DNA from: Eubacteriales bacterium
GTDB taxonomy: Bacteria; Bacillota; Clostridia; Oscillospirales; CAG-272
Length of the DNA: 64,000 nucleotides
Reading direction: 5' to 3'
Assembly: GCA_045587385.1 (NCBI GenBank)
Contig: JAZNCE010000124.1
Coordinates: forward strand, 58,210 to 122,209
Within the stretch, counting starts at the first letter, position 1; every line of letters begins with the position of its first letter. Position numbers and translations under genes: made by a program. The notes beneath the pieces were generated by a model. It was not told the DNA's origin, ran no database searches, and worked only from the letters and a program-made list of their open reading frames with translations. This document shows, in pieces, positions 47,513 through 57,013 of the stretch.

Positions 47513-48622
47513 TTATGAATCGGTCTCTATGGGCTTATCGCTCATCAATCTAAGATCTAACAGCTCGGCGATCAATAAAAGCATAAGGTCGCGTTCTCTT
47601 TGATCCAGATCGTTAAAGGTACGGATCATGGTCACAATATGCTTCAAGCTGCGCGCATTGAGCTCCGAAAGCGTTGTGGCGCCCGTAGATTCCAGCATGG
47701 TAAACAATACATCAACAAAATGCTTTCTTGCCCCCACAGGCAGCGCATGAATGCGATCGTTGAGGAGCATGGTATCTCCAACCCCCTTTGACAGCTTCTT
47801 GGCCCTTACAAAGTTTCCTCCCATGACCTCCCAGCTGACCGCGTCGTGTTGGAAAACGCCGATCTGCTTGCTCTTGACAACTCTTCTCTTGTCCTTGTTT
47901 TCAAAAAACATGCCAATCACGGAATTCTGCGGCATATAGATATGAAACTTATGCTCTGCTTCGAGATACGCGGGAAGCTCGGTGAATTCCCGGGAAAAAC
48001 CAGGACCGTCGTTACTGAACGCCGCTACGATACGGTTTTGATTTTCGGGAGCACATTTCACCGCTGCATACAACGCCAGATGCCCGCCCTTGGAATGCCC
48101 TCCGATATAGAAATTCCCGCTTTGTGCAGCGCATACTCCATTGACGTATTCCACAACACGGCGTTGCGAAGGAATCTCATCAAGGAACAGCAAATTAAAG
48201 TCTTCCTTCCAGCCAACGATGGTGTCATCCGTTCCGCGGATACTGATATACGAAATTTTTTCCTTGAGTCTGATCGTCAAGGCGGAAAACTGCTTTTCCG
48301 CATCAAGATCGATTTCGTTGACGAATGCGGAAAGCGTTAAGCCTCCAAACCTTTTGCTCTCCGCCATCATGCGGAACATTTTGTAAATCTGCGCAGAGAT
48401 GACCAAGCCGGGTCCCTTGTTCTTTTTGATGTCATTTTCAAAGAAAAACTGCATGGCAGCCTGCTTGATCGTAACGGGTGGAGCGGTGGGATCAGAGGAA
48501 ACGATCCCCGAAAAATCCACAAATGCAAGCAAAGACAGTATAAGGTTGTCCACCTCGCCAAGCTTGACTTGATCAAAGGTAATGTCTCCGCGCCACTTCA
48601 GATAATCAATGATATTTGCCAT
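47513..48622 (-). CDS. DUF2974 (Mbeg1-like) alpha/beta-hydrolase family protein
   Basis: IIDYLKWRGDITF start, IRGTDDTIVGWKEDF, and nucleophile elbow GGHSKGGHLA. Confidence 0.7.
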   Translation of the reverse strand: MANIIDYLKWRGDITFDQVKLGEVDNLILSLLAFVDFSGIVSSDPTAPPVTIKQAAMQFFFENDIKKNKGPGLVISAQIYKMFRMMAESKRFGGLTLSAFVNEIDLDAEKQFSALTIRLKEKISYISIRGTDDTIVGWKEDFNLLFLDEIPSQRRVVEYVNGVCAAQSGNFYIGGHSKGGHLALYAAVKCAPENQNRIVAAFSNDGPGFSREFTELPAYLEAEHKFHIYMPQNSVIGMFFENKDKRRVVKSKQIGVFQHDAVSWEVMGGNFVRAKKLSKGVGDTMLLNDRIHALPVGARKHFVDVLFTMLESTGATTLSELNARSLKHIVTMIRTFNDLDQRERDLMLLLIAELLDLRLMSDKPIETDS

Positions 48623-48647
48623 TGCCAGCACTCCTTTCGATTGTTTA

Positions 48648-51239
48648 TTAAAGACTTACGGCACGGTATACGCCGGAGCCGACGCAGCACGTATCATCCT
48701 CGCCGCAAACCTGTCCGGCGCCCTGCTCCGAGGTGATCTCAACGCCCTCCTCGAACGAAAGGACGGCATGCGTATTGGCGGGAACTCTGACGAGATATTC
48801 ATAGCCCTTGGCGGTCTTATCTGCACGCACTTCAATCGTGCCGTACTGACATTCATAGGTAACTGCTACGTGATCGACACCCTTGACGTGGTAAGGCTTG
48901 ACCACAAACGTCTTGAAGCCGGGCTCTGCGGGCTGAATACCGCCAAGGTATGCATAATAAATATATGCAAATCCCGCATGCATGGGATGGTTATACGAGG
49001 AAATGCCATGGGTGCGATCCGTTTCAACGTGGTGCATTTCCAGCACTTCCCAAACCGACGTCGCACCGTCATCCATCATAGTGCCAAAGCTGGTATGTCT
49101 GCGATTGAAGAGGATCTCCATTGCCGCATCTCCCATGCCCTCTTCAAAGAGCAAAGGAATGAGATACTTATTTCCGTAGATACCCGTGCTCATGGCATAA
49201 TCATCTGCCACGATGCTGCTGCGTAGAGATTCCAGAAGCGCAGCTCTGTCGTATTCGGGATACACGCCCAAATTCAACGCCACGGCATCGGATGCCCAAG
49301 TTCCGTACGTATGCTTTTCATGATCGTAAAAATGACGAATGAACGATTCACCGATACGGTCTGCCAAATCGGTATAATACTTGGCGTTATTATAGCCAAA
49401 TTGGTTTGAAAGCTCTGCCATCTTGATGCAAATCTCGTAAAACATCAGCGTAGAAGAATGAGGAACGGGAATTCTGCGCGGATTTGCTTCTCCTCCGGGA
49501 GGACACCAGTCACCAAGACCCACCGAGATGATATAGTCATCGGCTCTTGCCAGCTCGTGCTCTACCCACGCCTGCATCAGATCCCAGTTGCGTGTCACGG
49601 CAGCGGAGTCGTTGCAATAATGATACAGCCAATACGGAATGATGTTCTGTGCACAGCCCCATAATGGAGTTGCCTCACCGCATCCGCGCTTACCGGGCGC
49701 GATCATGGTCCAGGTACCGTAGACCTCCTTTTGTGTACGAATGTCGCTCAAATACTTTTCGTAAGACGATACCATATCATAATTCATGATACCGGTATTG
49801 CATACGATCTGCGCATCGCCCAGCCAGCCGCATTTTTCGCGTGCAGGACAGTCTTCGGGCAAACCGTGGTAATTGGAGCGGAAGGTACGGTCAATCAGCT
49901 TATGCAGCAAATTCAGGTCATCGGACGAGGATTCAAACGTGCCGTTTCGTTCCAGATCGGTAGACAGCGCACAACCGACCACAATATCAATTTCAGGCTC
50001 TTTACCGTATTCGTAACAATAGTCCACTCCCGTCAGTTCCACGTAACGGAAGCCGTGATAGGTAAATCGCGGACGCCATACTTCACCGTTCACATCTCCA
50101 CGTGCAATATAGATCTCTTGCTGGATGCACTGTGTAGCAAACGTGCCCGTTGAACGGAAGTCCAACTGCCCTGCTGCGTTGAGTGTTTCCGCACAGCGGA
50201 ACACGTAGATATGACCTCTGGAAGAACGAGGGAGATGAAATTCACAAACACCCGCAAAATTTTCACCCATATCAAAGATCCACGCGCCGTCGCTCTTGCC
50301 GCAGCAAGGTGTCACGCTGACCGCAGGAAATTGTCTGATCATGCGCACGGGAGGCATATTACAAGGCTTGAGTACGCCCTTGGGAGTTTGATCGACAACG
50401 CAATCGATCCAGCCTGCGTCGCTTCCGTCTGCCAGTGCAAAATCCGGCGTTTCCAATCTTGCGTCATAGGTTTCGCCGCCGTAGATATTATTGAGTATGA
50501 TCGGGCTGTTCTTGCTTTGCCACGTGGTGTCCGTAACAATTGCATCACGCGTGCCGTCGTCATATTCGATCTCAAGGCGCGCGATCAGGCATACGTTGCC
50601 GTAATAAAATCCACCGTAAGTCCATACCTGGCTCTGCGCGTAAAAGCCTTCGCCCAGCCAAGCCGCGATCGCATTTTTCTCATCGATGAACGATGTAACG
50701 TCATACGCACGATACAAGATTTCTTTTTCATAATTGGTCATGGGCGGATCAATATAATCATCGGCAATCTTTTTGCCGTTGATATAATATTCTGCGCATC
50801 CAAGTCCGCAAGCATACAGCGTTGCACGACGAACACCCAACTTAGCCTCAAACTTCTTTCTCAAATACGGCGCCCAACTGACAGTATATTCCGCAGGGGT
50901 AATCCACTGCGCCTGCCACATATCGGGATATAATTCGGTGGAAAACTGCAGCGATGCAATGGCGCTTCTGTCGTAATTGTCTTTGATGCAAAGATTCCAA
51001 ACGTATTCGGTAGCAGGTTGTAAAAACAGTTCGTCAAACGTGATATCCGAGGACTGATCGGATTCAACGGTATCCGAATCAAACACGATCTCGTTATCCT
51101 TGCAGATGGTAACGCGATAGGTTTTTTGAAGCACGTTTTCCCGTTCAGATTTCATCTTCCATGAAAATCTGATTCCATGCGTCAATACAAGATCAGGCGC
51201 GGGATTATGATCAATTCTTAAATCAAACAGTTGCAGCAT
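48648..51239 (-). CDS. alpha-L-rhamnosidase (GH78)
   Basis: 863 aa. N-terminal rhamnosidase domains, FRYVE, and six-hairpin core with DCPAREKCGWLGD. Confidence 0.85.
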   Translation of the reverse strand: MLQLFDLRIDHNPAPDLVLTHGIRFSWKMKSERENVLQKTYRVTICKDNEIVFDSDTVESDQSSDITFDELFLQPATEYVWNLCIKDNYDRSAIASLQFSTELYPDMWQAQWITPAEYTVSWAPYLRKKFEAKLGVRRATLYACGLGCAEYYINGKKIADDYIDPPMTNYEKEILYRAYDVTSFIDEKNAIAAWLGEGFYAQSQVWTYGGFYYGNVCLIARLEIEYDDGTRDAIVTDTTWQSKNSPIILNNIYGGETYDARLETPDFALADGSDAGWIDCVVDQTPKGVLKPCNMPPVRMIRQFPAVSVTPCCGKSDGAWIFDMGENFAGVCEFHLPRSSRGHIYVFRCAETLNAAGQLDFRSTGTFATQCIQQEIYIARGDVNGEVWRPRFTYHGFRYVELTGVDYCYEYGKEPEIDIVVGCALSTDLERNGTFESSSDDLNLLHKLIDRTFRSNYHGLPEDCPAREKCGWLGDAQIVCNTGIMNYDMVSSYEKYLSDIRTQKEVYGTWTMIAPGKRGCGEATPLWGCAQNIIPYWLYHYCNDSAAVTRNWDLMQAWVEHELARADDYIISVGLGDWCPPGGEANPRRIPVPHSSTLMFYEICIKMAELSNQFGYNNAKYYTDLADRIGESFIRHFYDHEKHTYGTWASDAVALNLGVYPEYDRAALLESLRSSIVADDYAMSTGIYGNKYLIPLLFEEGMGDAAMEILFNRRHTSFGTMMDDGATSVWEVLEMHHVETDRTHGISSYNHPMHAGFAYIYYAYLGGIQPAEPGFKTFVVKPYHVKGVDHVAVTYECQYGTIEVRADKTAKGYEYLVRVPANTHAVLSFEEGVEITSEQGAGQVCGEDDTCCVGSGVYRAVSL

Positions 51240-51839
51240 GTATTACCTCCATACCCAAATTACTTAGTACATACATTATAGCAGATAATTTCCGGATAGT
51301 CAATTTGATTGTAAGAAATTTCACATTCGACTTTTTCGTTTGGTACAACATCCACAAAAATGCAGACCGTTTTTGGTCGATGCGCACATTATCACAGCTG
51401 CGCTTGCGGCATTTGTGCACTTTGACAATACCAAGAGCATTATACATGGTGCGACAATCGTTCAATTCCCACATTAGCACCTAAAACAAGCGCATGCTAT
51501 CGAGCTTGCCGTCATCAGCGTCTCATGTTCTGTATTCCCCTTATATCATAATGCTTTTTCAGCATTGCAAAGCAAGTTTAGTATGCTTTACTTGCGTGAT
51601 TATCCGCGTCATCAAGCTCTTCGAATGGTGGTTTTTAGCGCTTTTCAACACGACAATCATGTCGTGTCAAGTCGGCTTCCTCGGATGCTTGTTATCCATT
51701 TGTTGTGATGCTGTTTTTGATACTTTTTGATTGTTTTAACACTATTTTTTTGCTGTTTTTCGCAATTTCGCTTAATTTACTAATATTGTCACTTTGTTAT
51801 GAAATTGCATATTGCAAAGAGCTATTTTTGCATTTTGTA

Positions 51840-51868
51840 TTGACAAATTGACGCTTCTAATATAAAAT
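51840..51868 (+). promoter_or_regulatory. sigma-A promoter of the LRR-protein gene
   Basis: TTGACA-17 nt-TAAAAT. Confidence 0.55.
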
Positions 51869-51924
51869 AAGTGCACAAACAACGGATTAGCTTCCGTGTA
51901 TTTTGAGGAAAGTGAGGTTTCGCC

Positions 51925-52587
51925 ATGCAACAAATCAAGGCATCTGCAGGACTTGCGTTCAGCGCAATCAACGATAATGAGTGTGCCCTCTCCGGCATTG
52001 GCACCTGTACAGACCACAATATCGTGATCCCCACTGAGCACATGGGAAGAACCGTAACAGGTATCGCTGATATGGCATTCGCTCATAATCACGAGATCAT
52101 TTCCGTATATGTTCCCGCGTCCGTCACCATGATCGGTGATTACGCTTTTGCATGGTGTCACGGACTGACTTCCGTCACCATGGAAAATCAAGGTGTAAGA
52201 GCAATCGGTGAGCGTTGCTTTATCGGATGCGACAGCATGACCAATCTTTACCTTGGCGACGCGATCCGCTCTATCGGCGAAAAGGCATTTGCTTTTTGCG
52301 CATCGCTGCAAACACTCTCGCTTCCCTATGGCACGCGCGAGGTTGGTCATTCCGCATTTGAGGGATGCACCTCTCTTGTAACCGTAATCCTTCCGGAAAC
52401 CCTGGATACCCTGCCCAACAACATGTTTGGCGCATGTATCTCCCTTCGTGACGTTTCCCTCTCCTCGCTGACCAAGTCCATCGGATACTACGCTTTCTCC
52501 TACTGCCGCAATCTGCGTAACATCAACGTAGGAAATGCACTGGTGGATGATCAAGCCTTCATGGGCTGCGAGGCTTTAGCAAGCTAA
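51925..52587 (+). CDS. leucine-rich repeat (BspA-type) protein
   Basis: 220 aa made of about 23-aa repeats of the form I.IP.SVT.IG..AF..C..L. No signal peptide is seen. Confidence 0.8.
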   Translation: MQQIKASAGLAFSAINDNECALSGIGTCTDHNIVIPTEHMGRTVTGIADMAFAHNHEIISVYVPASVTMIGDYAFAWCHGLTSVTMENQGVRAIGERCFIGCDSMTNLYLGDAIRSIGEKAFAFCASLQTLSLPYGTREVGHSAFEGCTSLVTVILPETLDTLPNNMFGACISLRDVSLSSLTKSIGYYAFSYCRNLRNINVGNALVDDQAFMGCEALAS

Positions 52588-52608
52588 AGAAAACACGGCG
52601 ACACACAT

Positions 52609-52640
52609 ACAGACCGAGAACAAAGCTCGGTCTGTTTTTT
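52609..52640 (+). terminator. rho-independent terminator
   Basis: ACAGACCGAG-(7 nt)-CTCGGTCTGT followed by TTTTTT. Confidence 0.8.
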
Positions 52641-52726
52641 ATTGATCAATTTCATCATATCCCTTGCATTTCCACCGCACATATGCTATACTTGAAGCAA
52701 CGACCAACATCTATGGAGGTGCTAAT

Positions 52727-55249
52727 ATGCAAGAACTCATGAATTCAAAAAACGCAAATTGGATCTCGTTTCGCTATCCCGGCACTAACGAGCTGGCTAA
52801 GATCAGCAACCCTTGGGAAAAACTTGATCTTACCGCACAGGCAAAGCCCATTCAGTCCAGACACGGTCTCGCTCTCTTCCGCAAGAGCTTTACGGCAAGC
52901 AAGGCTGACAGCGTCAAGATCGCAGCTACCGCTATGGGTATTTTCGATCTGTATTGCAACGGCAAGCGCGTCGGACGCTTTGACGAGAACGATAACGAGG
53001 TATATGACGAGCTCAAGCCCGGTTATTACGAATTTCGCAAGAGAGCTTTGTACTTTACATATGATCTGACTCCCTATCTGAAAGACGGTGAAAACGTCAT
53101 CCTTGCCGCAGTCGCTCCCGGTTGGAGAAACGGACGCATTTCCTTTGAAGCGTTCAAGGGTGAGCCCGAGGCGTTTTGCGCCGTTATCACCATCAACGAC
53201 GCTCCCCTTTTCACCGATGCAACCTGGCAGGCAAGCTGGGGCGGCAGAGTCCGTGCTGCAGATATCTGGGACGGCGAGCTGTATAACGCAAAATATCCTT
53301 CCTACGAAAGCATGAGCCAAGCAGGCTACGACACCTCCGATTGGTGCGCTCCCTCTGTTGACGAGCACGACGTAGAGATCACTCCCTTTATTGGTCCTAC
53401 CGTTATGATTCGTCCCGAGCTGACCAGAAAGCCCCAAACTTTAACCGTGCACGAAGGCACGATCGATAACGGCACTGAATACGGTGAGATCAACGTGGTC
53501 TATGCTGCTGAAAACCAGGACGCTGTCGTACTGAAAAAGGGTCAGACGCTGACTTACGATCTTGGTCAGAATATGGTTGGCTTCCCCGTGTTCACCGTTA
53601 AGGGCAATGCCGAAACCGCAATCCAGGTACGCGCATCCGAATTTCTCAATGACAGCGGCTCTACCGAGCGCGGCAACGACGGTCCTAAGGGTTCTGTTTA
53701 CACCATTAACTATAGAAGCGCAAGTGCTAAGGCATATTATCTGCTCGAGGGGAACCCCGCAGGAGAATCCTATCAGCCAACCTTTTCCTTCTTCGGCTTC
53801 CGCTATATTGAGATTATCGCTGACAATGACGTCGAAATTCTCTCCTTCTGCGCAAAGGTCATCGGTTCTGCGACCCGTGAGACCGGCAAGATGGAAACCT
53901 CGAACGCGCTTGTTAATCAGCTGATTTCCAACGTCATCTGGGGGCAGCGCGGCAACTACCTGTACGTACCCACCGACTGCCCGCAGAGAGACGAACGTCT
54001 TGGCTGGACCGGTGACACGCAGATCTTCTGTAACACCGCTGCATATAACGCAGACGTGCGCCTGTTCTTCCACAAGTGGTTACAGGATGCAAGAGACAGC
54101 CAGGCAAGCTGGGGCGGATATACCGACGTGGTTCCCGCTGCACGTGTCGTAGGCTGCGGCGGTGCTGCTTGGGGCGACGCAGGCATCATCGTTCCCTACG
54201 TCATGTACAAGATGTACGGTGACGTGGAGCTGTTGCGCGATCACTACGATTCCATGAAGAGATGCATGGATATGTTTGAAGCGCGCGACATCAACATGCC
54301 CCACAAACACTCCGCATACGGTGACTGGCTGGCATACGAGCCTACCGATCACTGGATGGTTTCTGTGTGCTACGCTGCATTTGACGCACGCTTGATGATC
54401 ACTATTGCGCGCGCACTTGGCAAGGAAAGCGATGCAAGACACTACGAAAGAGTTTTCGAAGGCTATAAGGCACACTATAACAGCTTCTACTGTGATGAAA
54501 ACGGCGATTTGCTGCCTCAGCACCAGACCCAGACCGCATACCTGATGGGACTGAAATTCCACCTGCTGCAGGAAAAGAACAGGCCCGCTGCAATTGCTGC
54601 GCTGCGTAAGAAGATCATCGACAACGGACACAAGCTGTCCACGGGCTTTGTCGGCACGGGTATTCTGGCGCAGACACTTGCAGAGATTGGTGAAAACGAT
54701 CTTGCATATTCCCTCTTGCTCCAGCGCGATAACCCCTCTTGGCTGTACTCCGTAGATCAGGGTGCAACCACCATTTGGGAAAGATGGAATTCCTACACCT
54801 TGGCAACCGGATTTGGTAACGTGGCAATGAATTCCTTCAACCACTACGCATACGGCGCAGTTCAGGAGTGGCTGTACAGACACGCTGCCGGTATTGAATA
54901 CGATCCTGCAGCTCCCGGCTTTGAGCGCGCAATCCTGCAGCCCAAGCCCGATACCAGAACGGCAGATGAGCTGCCCGAGGGTCAGGAAAACATCAAGTAT
55001 CTCAAGACTTCTTACGAGTCTTACCACGGCACCATCGTATCCAACTGGTCGACCGAAAACGGCTTTGACTACTATTGCGAGGTTGCAATGCCCACAAGAC
55101 TGTACCTGCCTATTCTGACCAAGAATGACAGCTTCACCTTAAACGGTGTCAGCCATAAGTTCTCGGAATTCCACCAGGCGCCCTACAACGACAGACTCAA
55201 CAGAATCGTCATTGATCTGGCTCCCGGCAAGTATCAATTCAATATGTAA
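52727..55249 (+). CDS. alpha-L-rhamnosidase (GH78), second copy
   Basis: 840 aa from MQELMNSK, after GGAGGTG. FGFRYIE and DCPQRDERLGWTGD motifs. Divergent from the first copy. Confidence 0.88.
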   Translation: MQELMNSKNANWISFRYPGTNELAKISNPWEKLDLTAQAKPIQSRHGLALFRKSFTASKADSVKIAATAMGIFDLYCNGKRVGRFDENDNEVYDELKPGYYEFRKRALYFTYDLTPYLKDGENVILAAVAPGWRNGRISFEAFKGEPEAFCAVITINDAPLFTDATWQASWGGRVRAADIWDGELYNAKYPSYESMSQAGYDTSDWCAPSVDEHDVEITPFIGPTVMIRPELTRKPQTLTVHEGTIDNGTEYGEINVVYAAENQDAVVLKKGQTLTYDLGQNMVGFPVFTVKGNAETAIQVRASEFLNDSGSTERGNDGPKGSVYTINYRSASAKAYYLLEGNPAGESYQPTFSFFGFRYIEIIADNDVEILSFCAKVIGSATRETGKMETSNALVNQLISNVIWGQRGNYLYVPTDCPQRDERLGWTGDTQIFCNTAAYNADVRLFFHKWLQDARDSQASWGGYTDVVPAARVVGCGGAAWGDAGIIVPYVMYKMYGDVELLRDHYDSMKRCMDMFEARDINMPHKHSAYGDWLAYEPTDHWMVSVCYAAFDARLMITIARALGKESDARHYERVFEGYKAHYNSFYCDENGDLLPQHQTQTAYLMGLKFHLLQEKNRPAAIAALRKKIIDNGHKLSTGFVGTGILAQTLAEIGENDLAYSLLLQRDNPSWLYSVDQGATTIWERWNSYTLATGFGNVAMNSFNHYAYGAVQEWLYRHAAGIEYDPAAPGFERAILQPKPDTRTADELPEGQENIKYLKTSYESYHGTIVSNWSTENGFDYYCEVAMPTRLYLPILTKNDSFTLNGVSHKFSEFHQAPYNDRLNRIVIDLAPGKYQFNM

Positions 55250-55259
55250 AAAACAAAAA

Positions 55260-55285
55260 GCGGTTGTCTTCGGACAGCCGCTTTT
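55260..55285 (+). terminator. rho-independent terminator
   Basis: GCGGTTGTC-TTCG-GACAGCCGC followed by TTTT. Confidence 0.7.
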
Positions 55286-55297
55286 CTTGATTTTGTC

Positions 55298-55326
55298 TTG
55301 CAATATTGGCTTGTATATGTTATAAT
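55298..55326 (+). promoter_or_regulatory. sigma-A promoter of the GNAT-GrpB-pilin-like operon
   Basis: TTGCAA-17 nt-TATAAT. Confidence 0.6.
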
Positions 55327-55353
55327 GTCAATATCAACAACAAAGAGGACATT

Positions 55354-55767
55354 ATGAAAGTTGAAGTTTTCGATTACCTGCCCGAGTCCGCCAAGTATAT
55401 ACGCGAGGTAGTATTCATGCAGGAGCAAGGATTTACGGAAGAATTTGACGCGCTGGACGGGGTTGCAACGCACCTTGTCGCGTTTGACGGTGATAACCCC
55501 GTAGCAGTATGTCGCATCTGGCTTGCCGAGGACGGATATCACGTCGGCAGGCTTGCAGTCATAAAGGAAAAGCGCGGTATGGGGCTTGGCAGTCTGATGC
55601 TTGCAGCGGCAGAAACGCACGTACATGCACTTGGCGGACGCAGCATTTCCCTGCACGCGCAATGCAGAGCTGAGCAATTCTACCGCATGTGTGGGTATAC
55701 GCCTTACGGAGAAATTGACTACGACGAAGGCGTTGAGCACGTGCATATGAGAAAGATTTTTGATTGA
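55354..55767 (+). CDS. GNAT-family N-acetyltransferase
   Basis: 137 aa. Acetyl-CoA motif A: RLAVIKEKRGMGLGSLML. Confidence 0.85.
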   Translation: MKVEVFDYLPESAKYIREVVFMQEQGFTEEFDALDGVATHLVAFDGDNPVAVCRIWLAEDGYHVGRLAVIKEKRGMGLGSLMLAAAETHVHALGGRSISLHAQCRAEQFYRMCGYTPYGEIDYDEGVEHVHMRKIFD

Positions 55768-55778
55768 GAGGGGTTCAT

Positions 55779-56438
55779 ATGGCTATTTTGGTTGAATACA
55801 ATAAGGATTGGAGCAAGCTTTACAAGCAGCAGGCCAAGCTGATCAAGAAAACAGTGGGCAAGCCTTACGTTGGCACTTATCACATCGGATCAACTGCTAT
55901 TCCCGGTGTGCCCGCAAAGCCGGTGATCGATATCATGGTGTTGCTCAAGGACATTGCGGCAGCTAAGCAGCTTGTCGCGCTCGGATACATTGAGAACGGC
56001 GACGGAACCTATACGCTGCATCAGTCCGAACTCTCATACAAGGCATATTGCGTGGATGTGAGCGACCACGACACGATTGACGCACACATGGGAATTCTCG
56101 GCAAGCACCGTGCAAGCAAGAAGGATACGCAGGCATGGATTGAGCTAAAGCAATCCTGGGCTCAGCAATTTGCAGACGATCCGCAAGGCTATGAGGATGC
56201 AAAAAAAGCGTATTTTGAACAGATCGCGCCCGAGGCGCGTGAAAAGAACCGGAATGATCAAAAGCTCGGAACTTCCCTTGCCATTGGCATGTGCCTGGGT
56301 ATGGGCATCGGCGTTGCGCTGGGCTCTGCTATGGGTAATATCGGCGTCGGCATGTGCATCGGCATCAGCGTGGGCATGTGTCTGGGGCTGGCGCTGGGAG
56401 CCGCTCAAACCAAAAAAGACGGAGACAAACACGAATAA
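55779..56438 (+). CDS. GrpB-family (UPF0157) protein with C-terminal glycine-zipper membrane tail
   Basis: HIGSTAIPGVPAKPVIDIMV motif of the GrpB nucleotidyltransferase fold. The last ~60 aa read GMCLGMGIGVALGSAMGNIGVGMCIGISVGMCLGLALGAA. Confidence 0.75.
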   Translation: MAILVEYNKDWSKLYKQQAKLIKKTVGKPYVGTYHIGSTAIPGVPAKPVIDIMVLLKDIAAAKQLVALGYIENGDGTYTLHQSELSYKAYCVDVSDHDTIDAHMGILGKHRASKKDTQAWIELKQSWAQQFADDPQGYEDAKKAYFEQIAPEAREKNRNDQKLGTSLAIGMCLGMGIGVALGSAMGNIGVGMCIGISVGMCLGLALGAAQTKKDGDKHE

Positions 56439-56474
56439 CGGTTGCATATCTATTTTTATAGAAAGGTAACGCAC

Positions 56475-56966
56475 ATGAAGCACGAACATAAACGTCACTC
56501 GCGCAACAAGGGATTTTCACTGGTGGAAATCATTGTAGTCATAGCAGTTATGGCGATTCTTGCGGCAATTGCAATCCCTACGTTTGCGCATTTTATCAAT
56601 AAAGCAAACATGGCTTCCGATATTGACTTTATGAACAAACTTGAGCGTGCGATCATATATGCCTCCGCTACGCAGGATGATAAAGCAGAACTGATCGCGA
56701 TAGAGGTCACTGTCAACACACGCGACAAACGAATTGAGAAAATCATTTACACATCAAAAACAGAAGCCGGCAAGGAAAAGCGACTGCCAATTGATCCGAA
56801 ATCGGATCCGGAGATGCTGGCATTCCTGCCGATCGACTGGAATTACAAATTTCAGGCTTGGGACAGTCTGAATGAAGATGGGATAATAGATCACGAAAAC
56901 TGGAAGCCGTATTGGAGCGTCCATATCAAAAAAGCCACAGATCCATGGGATAAAATTCCGGAATAA
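56475..56966 (+). CDS. prepilin-type N-terminal cleavage/methylation domain protein (pilin/pseudopilin-like)
   Basis: Basic leader MKHEHKRHSRNKG, then FSLVEIIVVIAVMAILAAIAIP (class III signal with Glu at +5). Confidence 0.8.
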   Translation: MKHEHKRHSRNKGFSLVEIIVVIAVMAILAAIAIPTFAHFINKANMASDIDFMNKLERAIIYASATQDDKAELIAIEVTVNTRDKRIEKIIYTSKTEAGKEKRLPIDPKSDPEMLAFLPIDWNYKFQAWDSLNEDGIIDHENWKPYWSVHIKKATDPWDKIPE

Positions 56967-56971
56967 ACGCA

Positions 56972-56997
56972 CCCCCGCACCGAGTGCGGGGGTTTTA
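56972..56997. terminator. bidirectional terminator
   Basis: CCCCCGCAC-CGA-GTGCGGGGG followed by TTTT. Confidence 0.75.
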
Positions 56998-57013
56998 CGT
57001 TTCATGGGATCAT

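Noticed and set aside
51223-51480. 85-aa minus-strand ORF upstream of rhamnosidase A, considered as a possible leader peptide or small Cys protein.
   Set aside because: GTG start with no Shine-Dalgarno sequence. It overlaps the rhamnosidase RBS and start and has no recognisable motif. It is kept only as a note within the intergenic finding.
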